This document shows, in pieces, positions 55,427-64,000 of a stretch of DNA of 64,000 bases (positions within the stretch are counted from its first letter, which is position 1; every line of letters begins with the position of its first letter). The stretch comes from Thermomicrobiales bacterium. GTDB lineage: Bacteria; Chloroflexota; Chloroflexia; Thermomicrobiales; UBA6265. Under the pieces are notes generated by a model that had not been told where the DNA came from, did not search any database, and saw nothing but the letters and a program-made list of their open reading frames with translations. The stretch covers positions 2,838 through 66,837 of the forward strand of contig JAMLHR010000011.1 of the NCBI GenBank assembly GCA_023957015.1. Reading direction: 5' to 3'. Made by a program: the position numbers and the translations under genes.

Positions 55427-55456
55427 GAGGGCAGACCAGCTGCCCTGCTACCGATC
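55427..55456 (+). repeat. Dispersed hairpin repeat, family A
   Basis: GGAGGGCAGACCAGCTGCCCTGCTACCGATC. Confidence 0.75.
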
Positions 55457-55474
55457 AATGCCGCGAGGGTCATA

Positions 55475-56773
55475 TTAGCGAGCAACGGTCTGGGCGCGGT
55501 TGAGACGGAAGATACTGAGCAGACTCGGTTTCTGACCATACATGAGCACACCAGTGCGGTAGACGCGTCCCGCCAATAGCATTGCCAACAGACCAGTTAC
55601 GGCCAGGATCGCAATGCTCATCAAGATCTCACCGGTGCCAGGATTCCCCATCAGAATGCGCGCCATCGCCACGAAGGGTGAGGTGAATGGAATCTGGAAC
55701 AGCACCCTGGAGAAAAGCGAATCCGGTAGCGCCATGACAACGTACGCCAGCATCAGACCCACGATCACGAGGATCATGATCGGCGCGATCGCCTGATTGA
55801 CCTCTTCCTGCCGACTCACGAGTGAACCCGTGGCGGCGAAGAGCGATCCGTACAGCATGTAGCCGAGGACGAAGTAGACCAGGAAGACCCAGATGGCCTG
55901 GAACGAGATCGCCGCGAAATCCAGATCGAAGGTCGATGTCAGTTGCACACCCATTGCATTGGCGATGCGCGGCTGCAGCGCAAACGCGAGTCCACCTGCA
56001 AGTAGCATCGGCACCGTCTGGCACAGCCCGGCAATCAGGACGCCGAGAATCTTGCCGACCAGGAGGTCGCGCGGAGTGGCGGCGTTGACCATGATCTCCA
56101 TCATGCGGCTGCTCTTCTCCTCCACCACGCCCTGGGCGATCCAGGTGCCGTACATGATGAGAGACATATAGATCAGTACCAGGCCGATATTGACCACGGC
56201 GAACATGGGACCACTGAAGTTATCCGCCGGATTCTGCGTCTCACCCTGCGGTCCTTCAACCGTGATGGCCGGAGCAGCGACCAGCCCGGCCGCCTGATCC
56301 TGCGGCACGCCAAGCTGAATCGCTTCCACCTCGACATTGCCCGCAACAATCGCGGCCTGCACGCGTTGAGCGGTGATATCGAACACACCGGAGTTGCTGG
56401 TGACGATCTCGTAGTTGGGTGCGCCGTTCTCGTTGGTGAGAATGACCGCGAGGGCGGCATCGCCATCCTTTACCGCGGATCGGGCGGAATCGGCTCCCTC
56501 CGTGTATTCCACCACCTCCAGCGGTGGCAGACCCGGAATATCGTCGGTGAGACGTCCCTGGAGCGATGTCGCCAACGAGCTATTGGTCTCGTCAACCACA
56601 ATCACCTGACCACCCAGTGAATCGCCGGTGAAGTAGCTGATCGCAATCGGCGAGAGTCCCGCCAGTATCGCGACGATCACCTGCACGATGAGGGTGATGC
56701 GATAGGCCTTCATCTTGAATCTGGTCGTTACCTCGCGGCGCGCGACCAGTTTGATGCGTGTGAAATCGAACAT
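55475..56773 (-). CDS. ABC-2 family permease, NatB/YhaP-like (paralogue 1)
   Basis: Same architecture as the paralogue, with the motif GVVEEKSSRMMEIMVNAATPRDLLVGK. The ATG at 56773 (MFDFTRIKL) parallels MMFDIKRIKL of the paralogue. Confidence 0.85.
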   Translation of the reverse strand: MFDFTRIKLVARREVTTRFKMKAYRITLIVQVIVAILAGLSPIAISYFTGDSLGGQVIVVDETNSSLATSLQGRLTDDIPGLPPLEVVEYTEGADSARSAVKDGDAALAVILTNENGAPNYEIVTSNSGVFDITAQRVQAAIVAGNVEVEAIQLGVPQDQAAGLVAAPAITVEGPQGETQNPADNFSGPMFAVVNIGLVLIYMSLIMYGTWIAQGVVEEKSSRMMEIMVNAATPRDLLVGKILGVLIAGLCQTVPMLLAGGLAFALQPRIANAMGVQLTSTFDLDFAAISFQAIWVFLVYFVLGYMLYGSLFAATGSLVSRQEEVNQAIAPIMILVIVGLMLAYVVMALPDSLFSRVLFQIPFTSPFVAMARILMGNPGTGEILMSIAILAVTGLLAMLLAGRVYRTGVLMYGQKPSLLSIFRLNRAQTVAR

Positions 56774-56834
56774 GCTTATGCTCCCATTACCTGCCCTGAT
56801 CCCCGGGCATAAGGGCACGCGTTGCTGCTCGTGC

Positions 56835-56995
56835 TCCGCACTTGGCCGCCTTCGGCAGAATCCAATGCGAAGCGGAGTAGGTACACGCCGGACTCCTTGC
56901 TATCTAAGCAAGGACCAGCGTCGAACGATCCGCCCCTTCTGCCTCCGGCAGTGCGCTTCGCGCGGAGATTCTTCGGGCTTCGCCCTCTGAATGAC
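56835..56995. repeat. Composite dispersed repeat, family B, inserted between natA-like and natB-like genes
   Basis: The reverse complement of 56961-56995 reads GTCATTCAGAGGGCGAAGCCCGAAGAATCTCCGCG. It shares the GAAG(C/T)GGAGTAG module with 24550. Confidence 0.7.
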
Positions 56996-57010
56996 GGTGA
57001 GCACATTCAG

Positions 57011-57976
57011 CTACCCAATCACGCTCGCGGGAACGGCCAGTTCCTCGGCGGTTGGCTGCAACTCGGTCGGCATCTGGCGCACCAGTTCCAGGAAGACATC
57101 GTTCAGGCTGGGATAATCGATCTCGAACATCGTCACCGGCAGATCGCGGTCGATCGCCGTCCTCAGAATGCCGCGGGCCGCATCCTCATTCGGTACACCG
57201 ATCTCCACCAGATCGGAGCGACGACTGACCACATGCACATCCGGAATACCGTCCAGCCAGGCCATCTCCCTATCGCCCGCAACGGCGAAGCGAAGGTAGT
57301 GTTCATTCGTGCTCTGGCGGACCTCATCAACCGAGCCGGAGATGAGGAGGTGGCCGCGATGAATGATGGCGACGTCTGAGCTCAGCTCCTGGGCATCGTT
57401 CAATTGGTGAGTGGAGAAGATCAGCGTCTTGCCCTGACTCACCAGCTCCTGGAAGGCATCCTTCATTTGCTGGGCATTGACCGGATCCAGACCCGAATAA
57501 GGCTCGTCCATGATCAGAATCTCCGGATCATGGAGGATCGCCGCCAGAAACTGGATCTTCTGCTGATTACCCTTGGAAAGTTGATCGACCGTCTTGTGGC
57601 GATTCTCGGTGACATGGAACCGTTCCAGCCATTCGTCGATTCGCCGTTGCACATCCTGCTTGCTGGCGCCGTACAACTGGCCGATGAAGAGCAGTTGATC
57701 CTCCACCTGCATCTTCGGGTAAAGCCCGCGCTCCTCAGGTAGATATCCGAACTGGGCGCGTTTAAGATCGCGGGTTGGGGTGCCATTCCAGGTGATCTGA
57801 CCGGTATCGGGTCGGATGATATCCAGAATCATCCGCATCGTCGTGGTTTTGCCGGCTCCGTTGGTACCGAGGAAGCCGAAGATGGAACCCGGTTTTACGT
57901 CGAACGAGACATCGTTCACGGCGGTGAACGACCCAAATGTCTTCACAATGTGTTCGATTCTGAGTGTCACGCACAT
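57011..57976 (-). CDS. ABC transporter ATP-binding protein, NatA-like
   Basis: Walker A GTNGAGKTT, signature LSKGNQQKI, Walker B ILIMDEPYSGLD. GAAGGGG RBS. Confidence 0.92.
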   Translation of the reverse strand: MCVTLRIEHIVKTFGSFTAVNDVSFDVKPGSIFGFLGTNGAGKTTTMRMILDIIRPDTGQITWNGTPTRDLKRAQFGYLPEERGLYPKMQVEDQLLFIGQLYGASKQDVQRRIDEWLERFHVTENRHKTVDQLSKGNQQKIQFLAAILHDPEILIMDEPYSGLDPVNAQQMKDAFQELVSQGKTLIFSTHQLNDAQELSSDVAIIHRGHLLISGSVDEVRQSTNEHYLRFAVAGDREMAWLDGIPDVHVVSRRSDLVEIGVPNEDAARGILRTAIDRDLPVTMFEIDYPSLNDVFLELVRQMPTELQPTAEELAVPASVIG

Positions 57977-58188
57977 CCCCTTCTACCAAACCAACATGCT
58001 GCCATGATTGTCGCCGGAATCATGCCACAAGCTGTCACAGCTCTTCGTCAATTGCGTTCGCAATGCGCGGTCTTGTTCACACGCCCCATCTGACATCGTT
58101 AACTCCACTCGAATTGCGGATGACCAGACGCGTTTCATGCCCGATACTAAACCAAGCGAAGCTGCACACACGTCAGAAAGGGCTGACC

Positions 58189-60135
58189 ATGTCCGATACC
58201 AAGATACCTGCACCGTACGGGAGCTGGGCATCGCCGATCACCGCGGAATCGTTGACTGGAGCGGTTGTCTCCATCAAGGAACCCGGCACCGACACCGATG
58301 CCATCTACTGGCTGGAGGGTCGGCCTGCGGAGAAGGGGCGCTCCACGCTGATCCGGCTCAAGGACGGTGTGACAACGGAACTGACACCGAATCCCTTCGA
58401 TGTCCGCACGCGCGCTCACGAGTATGGTGGCGGTAGCTGGACCGCTCGCGACGGCGTGGTTCTGGTCAGCAACGGTACCGATGGCCGGATCTATCGTGTC
58501 TCGGACGATGGCCCGGCACCGATCACGGCCGAGGGGCCGTGGCGATTCGCCGATCTCCTCATCGATCCCCATCACAATCGCATCATCGCCGTCCGTGAGG
58601 ATCACACGCTGGACGATATCGAAGCGATCAACACGCTGGTCCAACTCGAGTTGGACGGTCCGAACGAGGACGGCGGTCAAGTGATCGTCAGCGGCACCGA
58701 TTTCGTGGCATCGCCAGCGCTCTCGCCGGATGGCACGATGCTCAGTTGGCTGCAATGGAATCACCCCAACATGCCGTGGGACGGCTGCGAATTGTGGTAC
58801 AGCGAGGTCGAGGAAGACGGCACGCTGCACAATATCCATCACGTTACCGGCGGTCTCACCGAAAGCATTGTGCGGCCGCGTTGGAACAACACGCTCCTGC
58901 CTGTCTTCGCCAGCGATCGCACCGGCTGGTGGCAACTTTATGCCGATCGCGGCGCGAACGGTATCCAGCCGATCATGGCACCTACTGAAGCGGAGTTCGC
59001 ACAGCCGCAGTGGGTCTTCGGTATGAGTACCTGGGATTTCACCGCCGATGGTCGCGTGGTTTGCGCCTGGAACACGAACGGCGAGTGGCACCTCGGTCGA
59101 CTTGATGTCGCCATGACACCGATCCACGAGTACGATCTGCCGTTCACCGCGATCAGCGATGTGCACGTGCAGCAATCGACCGACACGGTCATCTTTCTGG
59201 GTGCATCACCGACGGATCTGGGCGGTCTGGTACAACTCGATCTCGCCACGGGCGAATGGCAGTACCTGCGTCAGGCGAGCGCCGAACGTATCGATCCGGA
59301 TTACATCTCTGTGCCGGAATCAATCAGCTGGACCAGCGAGGACGGCTCCACCGCCTACGGTTTCTATTACGCACCGGCAAACAGGGACTTCACCGGTCCC
59401 GATGACGAGTTGCCACCGCTGATTGTGGAGAGCCACGGCGGTCCGACATCGCAGACGAGCTCCACATTGAGCCTCAAGCGACAGTTCTGGACGAGCCGCG
59501 GATTCGCGATTCTGGATGTGAACTACGGCGGTAGCACCGGCTACGGTCGCGATTACCGCAATCGCCTCCAGGGGACCTGGGGCATCGTCGACGTCGATGA
59601 CTGCGTTACCGGTGCCGAGTACCTGGTCGATCAGGGTCTGGTTGATCCGGCCCGACTGGCGATCCGCGGCGGTAGCGCCGGTGGCTTCACAACGCTGGCC
59701 GCACTCACCACAACACAGGTGTTTGCGGTAGGCGTGAGCTACTTCGGTATCGGCGATCTGGAAGCGATGGCGCGTGATACCCACAAGTTCGAGAGTCGGT
59801 ATCTGGACGGACTTGTGGGTCCGTACCCGGAGGCGAAACAGACGTATATCGATCGATCCGCTGTCCATCACGTTGATCGTTTGGAGGCGGCGATGTTGTT
59901 ACTGCAAGGTCTGGAGGACAAGGTTGTCCCACCAAATCAGGCGACGATGATGGCCGAGGCCGTACGCCAGAAGAGTCTTCCGGTGGCACATATCGAGTAT
60001 GAGGGTGAGGGTCACGGATTCCGCCAGGCCGCCACGATTCAGCACTCGACGCTGGCGGAGTTGGCGTTCTTCGCGCGCGTGTTCGTCTTCACCCCGGTCG
60101 ACGACATCCCGGCGATCGATATCGCCAACGCGTAA
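58189..60135 (+). CDS. S9-family serine peptidase (prolyl oligopeptidase / acylaminoacyl-peptidase-like) with an N-terminal beta-propeller
   Basis: Nucleophile motif IRGGSAGGF. C-terminal LLLQGLEDKVVPP...EGHGF (Asp/His of the triad). Confidence 0.9.
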   Translation: MSDTKIPAPYGSWASPITAESLTGAVVSIKEPGTDTDAIYWLEGRPAEKGRSTLIRLKDGVTTELTPNPFDVRTRAHEYGGGSWTARDGVVLVSNGTDGRIYRVSDDGPAPITAEGPWRFADLLIDPHHNRIIAVREDHTLDDIEAINTLVQLELDGPNEDGGQVIVSGTDFVASPALSPDGTMLSWLQWNHPNMPWDGCELWYSEVEEDGTLHNIHHVTGGLTESIVRPRWNNTLLPVFASDRTGWWQLYADRGANGIQPIMAPTEAEFAQPQWVFGMSTWDFTADGRVVCAWNTNGEWHLGRLDVAMTPIHEYDLPFTAISDVHVQQSTDTVIFLGASPTDLGGLVQLDLATGEWQYLRQASAERIDPDYISVPESISWTSEDGSTAYGFYYAPANRDFTGPDDELPPLIVESHGGPTSQTSSTLSLKRQFWTSRGFAILDVNYGGSTGYGRDYRNRLQGTWGIVDVDDCVTGAEYLVDQGLVDPARLAIRGGSAGGFTTLAALTTTQVFAVGVSYFGIGDLEAMARDTHKFESRYLDGLVGPYPEAKQTYIDRSAVHHVDRLEAAMLLLQGLEDKVVPPNQATMMAEAVRQKSLPVAHIEYEGEGHGFRQAATIQHSTLAELAFFARVFVFTPVDDIPAIDIANA

Positions 60136-60144
60136 TCACGTTGA

Positions 60145-60167
60145 GGCCCGGGGTTGATCCCCGGGCC
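60145..60167. terminator. Bidirectional hairpin GGCCCGGGG-ttgat-CCCCGGGCC between convergent peptidase genes
   Basis: 9-bp GC stem read directly in the sequence. Confidence 0.55.
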
Positions 60168-60171
60168 CACG

Positions 60172-61536
60172 TTATCCCTGTCCCAGCAAATCCATCAGAT
60201 GGATACTGGTCTCGATACCCTGATAGAGCCGCTCCAGGCGATAGCTCTCATTGGGACTGTGGTTCGCTTGCTCCGGCGCGCCGTAGGGCACGAGGAACGA
60301 TGGCAGACCCAATGTCTGCGTCCAGACGCTGTCCGGCAAGCTGCCACCAGCGGAGGGCACACTGATCGGTACTGTGCCGAATCCGCGTTCGACCGCCGCG
60401 CGGACGATATCACCCATCGGATGTTCGACCGGTGTGAAACTCGGCAACATCCCGCCGTCCAACCGCTTGATCGTGATGCCCTTACCGTGCTTGTCGACGT
60501 GGGCGCTGATCTTTTCCCAGATCTCGTCCGGTGTCTGATCCGGCACCAATCGCATATCGATCTTCATGCTCGCCCTGGCCGGCAGCACGGTCTTACTACC
60601 CTCGCCGCTATAACCACCGGTGATACCAGCGATATTCAACGTTGGCTGGAACATGATCCGCTCGGCGTAGCTGCGATCGGCGGGAGGAACCATCTCGGTC
60701 AGACCGATGCCGGCGATCGTAGCCGCCGTATCGAACGGTAGCTTTTCAAGTGCTGCCTGCGCACCGGGCGTGGGCACGCGCACGTTCTCGTAGAAATCCT
60801 CGATCAGGACGTAGTTCTCATCGTCGATCATCGTGTTCAACAGTCGCGCTAACGCCAGGATCGGATTCGGAGCAACACCACCCCAGTGACCGGAGTGGAG
60901 ATCGCGGTTCGCGCCAGTGGCCTCGATCTCGACGTAGAGCAAGCCGCGCACACCGTACTCGATTTCGGGATAACGATCGTCTGTGACAGGTCCGTCACTG
61001 GTGTAGACGAGATCGGCCGCCAGTATGTCCTTGTTGGCGGTAACGATCGTATCCAGATGCGGACTGCCGACTTCCTCCTCGCCTTCCAGCATGATCTTGA
61101 CGTTGCACGGAAGCGATCCGTTTGCCTTCAACCAGTGGCGGATCGCGGCAATATGGCTGAAATGCTGCGCCTTGTTATCGGCAACACCACGACAGTAGAT
61201 CCGGCCGTCGCGAATCGTGGGCGTGAATGGATCGGAATGCCAAAGTTCCAGCGGATCGGCGGGCTGGACATCGTAATGGCCATAGAACAGTACTGTCGGT
61301 TTACCGGGTGCACCCAACCATTCGCCGTAGATCACCGGATGGCCCGGAGCATCAAGCCTGCGAACGGAAAGTCCGGCGTCCCGCAGGAGCGATTCCTCCA
61401 GCACCGCACACTCCTCCACGCCTATGTTTTGGGCGCTGATACTCGGCTGTCGTAGCAGCGTGAACAGATCCTGCAGATCATCATCACGGTGGGATCGTGC
61501 CCGTTCCAATGCAAGTTCACGTGGTGGTGTGGTCAT
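60172..61536 (-). CDS. M20-family metallopeptidase (dipeptidase / ArgE-DapE-CPG2-like)
   Basis: LFYGHYDVQP...PF...GRIYCRGVADNK...LEGEEEVGS are M20 metal-ligand blocks. The ATG at 61536 is chosen because the upstream extension looks non-coding. Confidence 0.88.
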   Translation of the reverse strand: MTTPPRELALERARSHRDDDLQDLFTLLRQPSISAQNIGVEECAVLEESLLRDAGLSVRRLDAPGHPVIYGEWLGAPGKPTVLFYGHYDVQPADPLELWHSDPFTPTIRDGRIYCRGVADNKAQHFSHIAAIRHWLKANGSLPCNVKIMLEGEEEVGSPHLDTIVTANKDILAADLVYTSDGPVTDDRYPEIEYGVRGLLYVEIEATGANRDLHSGHWGGVAPNPILALARLLNTMIDDENYVLIEDFYENVRVPTPGAQAALEKLPFDTAATIAGIGLTEMVPPADRSYAERIMFQPTLNIAGITGGYSGEGSKTVLPARASMKIDMRLVPDQTPDEIWEKISAHVDKHGKGITIKRLDGGMLPSFTPVEHPMGDIVRAAVERGFGTVPISVPSAGGSLPDSVWTQTLGLPSFLVPYGAPEQANHSPNESYRLERLYQGIETSIHLMDLLGQG

Positions 61537-61758
61537 GTAACGTAGCTCCTCGGACAGTCGAATCTCATTCGCTCTAGCGTCGAGGCAGCTGGAGTTGATG
61601 TCAATCCTCGAACCACCACTGCAAACCCGTTCATTACTCGCTCCAAACCCCCTCGTTCGTCCTGGAATAGCGATTAACATACCGGAGCATCAGGGAAGCA
61701 CACACGCTCTACCGTATAATTTGGCGAACATCTGATCAGCGACCAGTGGGGTACAGGA

Positions 61759-63222
61759 ATGCAGCGAATCAAATCCATTGTGAGATGGTTCGCGAATACG
61801 CCGTTTGCGCGATCGCTCCGATTTCGGCTGATCAGTATCGTGCTCCTGGCCTCGCTACCGACGATCGCGTTGCTCTTCCTCACAGCCTCACAAGCGCGCG
61901 GTGATGCGATCAATGTGGCCAAGGATGAGGCCCAACGCATCGCCACCCAGACGGCTACACAGCAAGCCCGCGAGATGGACCGGGTGGAACGCGAGCTTTT
62001 CCTGCTCAGCCGCCTTCCGGAAGTGAAATCGGATAACTCGGCCGCCTGCACGGAGTTCTTCGAATCATTGGTTGAGGCTCCGGAAAATCCGATCTACGTT
62101 GACCTGCGGGTGATCGGACTGGATGGCAAAGTACACTGCCGCAGCGCGGTTTCAAATCCCCTCGGGCCGAATGAGGATCGAGAGTTCATTAACCAGGCGA
62201 TCCGCCAGCATACCTTCACCGTCGGCAGCTATCGCATCAATCCACTCAACGACCACAGCATCATCAGCTTCGCCGCGCCGATTGAGAACGAAGACGGCAG
62301 CTCCGATCGCGCCATCGTCGCCACGCTCGATCTCGGCGAACAGTCGCTTGGTCTGGAGGCAGACTCGCTCCCGACCGGCTCCGTGCTCAGCATGGTGCGC
62401 GATGATGGCATGTTGCTATTGCAGGAACCACCGCAGAATGAGGTTCGCGTTGGCGTCTCGCTGGTGGGCACACCGGCCGTGGATGCCGCTCTCACGGAGC
62501 AGACGGACGCCCCTCATGACGCCTGGATCTCGGCCTCCGCACCGATTGCCATCAGCGCCCCCCAACCCAACGGCATCCCCGCACATATCGTGGTGCAGAT
62601 ACCGGAAGCAGAGATCGTACGGCGCGCCGATGATGCGTTCAAGGAAAACCTGGCCAAGCTCGGTGTGGCCGCAGCCATCGCGGTGCTGGCGGCGTGGATC
62701 AGCGCCGATCTCTTCACCAGTCGGGATAGTGAGACCCGCAAGACGATCGTCGCCGAGCTCTATCACAGCTTCAGTAGCGGCATCGTCGATCATCTGGACA
62801 CAATCGTGGACACCAACGTCACCGATCACGCCGCCATCGGCGATCAGGCAAAGGGGCTGGATGGCCTCAAGCAAACGATCGCCGCCTTCCGTTACGCCTT
62901 CCCGGATGGCGAGGTCGTGCCGCGTGAGATGCTGGCGGATCGCGACAAGGTGATCGTCCGTGTCTCCCTGACCGGTACACAGGTCGGCGAGTTCCAGGGC
63001 ATCTCGCCCAGCGGAACCCGCATGATCGCGGACGGTATTGAGACCTTCTCGTTCCGCGATGGTTTGATCAGTGAGATCTGGAGTCTGATGGGACCGTTAA
63101 TGCCGATGAGCGTGGTGGAGCATCCCGAGGAAGTGGAGATCGAACCAGCACCCGTGCAACCGTCCTTCTTCAAGCGAGTGAGACGTCGCTTTGGCCGTCG
63201 TGGCAAGGACGATGCGACATGA
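61759..63222 (+). CDS. Membrane protein: TM1, extracytoplasmic Cache/PDC-like sensor domain, TM2, cytoplasmic SnoaL-like (ester-cyclase-like) domain, basic tail
   Basis: TM helices LISIVLLASLPTIALLFLTA and LGVAAAIAVLAAWISADLF. The Cache-like segment has YVDLRVIGLDGKV.C, NEDREF and ISFAAPIENEDGS..RAIVATLDL. The C-terminus IVRVSLTGTQVGEFQGISPSGTRMIADGIETFSFRDGLISEIWSLMG shows the SnoaL-like pattern. Confidence 0.7.
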   Translation: MQRIKSIVRWFANTPFARSLRFRLISIVLLASLPTIALLFLTASQARGDAINVAKDEAQRIATQTATQQAREMDRVERELFLLSRLPEVKSDNSAACTEFFESLVEAPENPIYVDLRVIGLDGKVHCRSAVSNPLGPNEDREFINQAIRQHTFTVGSYRINPLNDHSIISFAAPIENEDGSSDRAIVATLDLGEQSLGLEADSLPTGSVLSMVRDDGMLLLQEPPQNEVRVGVSLVGTPAVDAALTEQTDAPHDAWISASAPIAISAPQPNGIPAHIVVQIPEAEIVRRADDAFKENLAKLGVAAAIAVLAAWISADLFTSRDSETRKTIVAELYHSFSSGIVDHLDTIVDTNVTDHAAIGDQAKGLDGLKQTIAAFRYAFPDGEVVPREMLADRDKVIVRVSLTGTQVGEFQGISPSGTRMIADGIETFSFRDGLISEIWSLMGPLMPMSVVEHPEEVEIEPAPVQPSFFKRVRRRFGRRGKDDAT

Positions 63223-64000
63223 TCCTGCTGAACTCGGCGGCCCACGCTCGCGCTCGCGGTGAGTACGATACCCGCCATGAAGCCGAGGCGATCGCCCAAT
63301 CCCTCCCCGTCCTCTGGCAACGCACCAACCGCGCCGGATGGTCGCGACTGCTCCGCTTTCCCCGCTGGCTGTTTAACGGATTTCGGCGCAACAACGCTGG
63401 CGATCTGGCGGCGGCAATCGCCTATCACATCCTGATCGCGATGGTGCCGATCTTCTTCCTGCTCGTCGGTGTCTCCGGTTTGTTTCTGCAGAGCGGTGCC
63501 GCGCTACGTCAGGCTGAACGCATCATCAACACGATCTTCCCGGAAGGCAGTGGTAGTGTTGACGCCTTCGATGCCGCCATCGCCACGCGCCAGAGCTCGG
63601 GACTCATCACCCTGGCGTCGTTCATCGCGTTCTCCTGGGCGGGTACCGGTCTTATCAGTTCGATGTCGCGGGGGATGAATCGCATCTACAACGTGCGGAA
63701 CGCGACATTCATCACGGAAAAGCAGCGCGGCTTCACCGTGATCATGCTCTTCCTGCTCTTCTTTGTGCTCTCGGTGTTGGCATCGACATTACCCACGTTG
63801 CTCCTGCTCCTGGATCTACCCGAGACCCTGGATGCAGTGTTCCTGGGCACGCGCACAGCGCAGCTGATCGCCTACGGCACCGCGCTCTTCTTCACGTTGG
63901 CGCTCTTCTTTGTCATCTACCGTATCGTGCCGAATGCCCGACAGAAACTACTGGATGTCTGGCCGGGCACACTGATGGCATCGCTACTCTTCATGGTGAT
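63219..64000 (+). CDS. YihY/BrkB (ribonuclease BN-like) family membrane protein, 3-prime end cut by the window edge
   Basis: I translated this ORF myself, as it is absent from the ORF track. ...AGDLAAAIAYHILIAMVPIFFLLVG...FIAFSWAGTGLISSMSRGMNRIY...VIYRIVPNARQKLLDVWPGTLMASLLF matches YihY motifs. The ATG overlaps the upstream stop (ATGA). Confidence 0.75.
   Translation, partial: MILLNSAAHARARGEYDTRHEAEAIAQSLPVLWQRTNRAGWSRLLRFPRWLFNGFRRNNAGDLAAAIAYHILIAMVPIFFLLVGVSGLFLQSGAALRQAERIINTIFPEGSGSVDAFDAAIATRQSSGLITLASFIAFSWAGTGLISSMSRGMNRIYNVRNATFITEKQRGFTVIMLFLLFFVLSVLASTLPTLLLLLDLPETLDAVFLGTRTAQLIAYGTALFFTLALFFVIYRIVPNARQKLLDVWPGTLMASLLFMV

Noticed and set aside
1-64000. Search for mobile-element hallmarks (transposase, integrase, tRNA attachment sites or long terminal inverted repeats) that could bound the low-GC islands.
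   Set aside because: None was recognised in any frame. The low-GC segments at 935-2654, ~23300-24260, 42350-42660 and 46990-47300 have no identifiable flanking direct repeats, so no mobile element is called.

Overview
This 64-kb chromosomal window comes from a fairly high-GC bacterium with monoderm-type signatures: an LPXTG sorting signal, a Cheo-type GAAC-N4-GTTC SOS box at recA, and many twin-arginine signal peptides. The dispersed GTCATTCAGAG-type repeats suggest Chloroflexota, but that is only a guess. No transposase, integrase, CRISPR array, tRNA or rRNA was seen. Most of the window is housekeeping. It holds a sugar ABC importer, class Ia ribonucleotide reductase nrdAB behind a clear cobalamin riboswitch, divergent metE and a family-5 peptide/metal ABC importer. 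It also holds aroH plus DAHP synthase, two tandem MFS genes, recA, three ABC-2 exporter modules and S9 and M20 peptidases. Eight regions deserve a second look. (1) A low-GC island carries an orphan 490-aa helical protein. (2) A cotH-response regulator-histidine kinase operon has a duplicated, hairpin-rich 180-bp leader; it is separated from a DUF4956-VTC pair by a decayed LPXTG adhesin gene with a G12 tract upstream. (3) A CsoR/RcnR-type operator lies over the promoter of an importer that has no ATPase genes. (4) A diverged 1.7-kb tandem segmental duplication has a chimeric gene junction and a frameshifted second copy. (5) A roughly 350-nt structured leader precedes a giant SH3b-NlpC/P60 hydrolase and is a possible c-di-AMP riboswitch. 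(6) There is an HTH-STAND-TPR protein. (7) There is a Cache-TM-SnoaL fusion protein. (8) At least two families of short dispersed palindromic repeats are present. All functional calls rest on reading the translated ORFs and recalling motifs. No searches were run.
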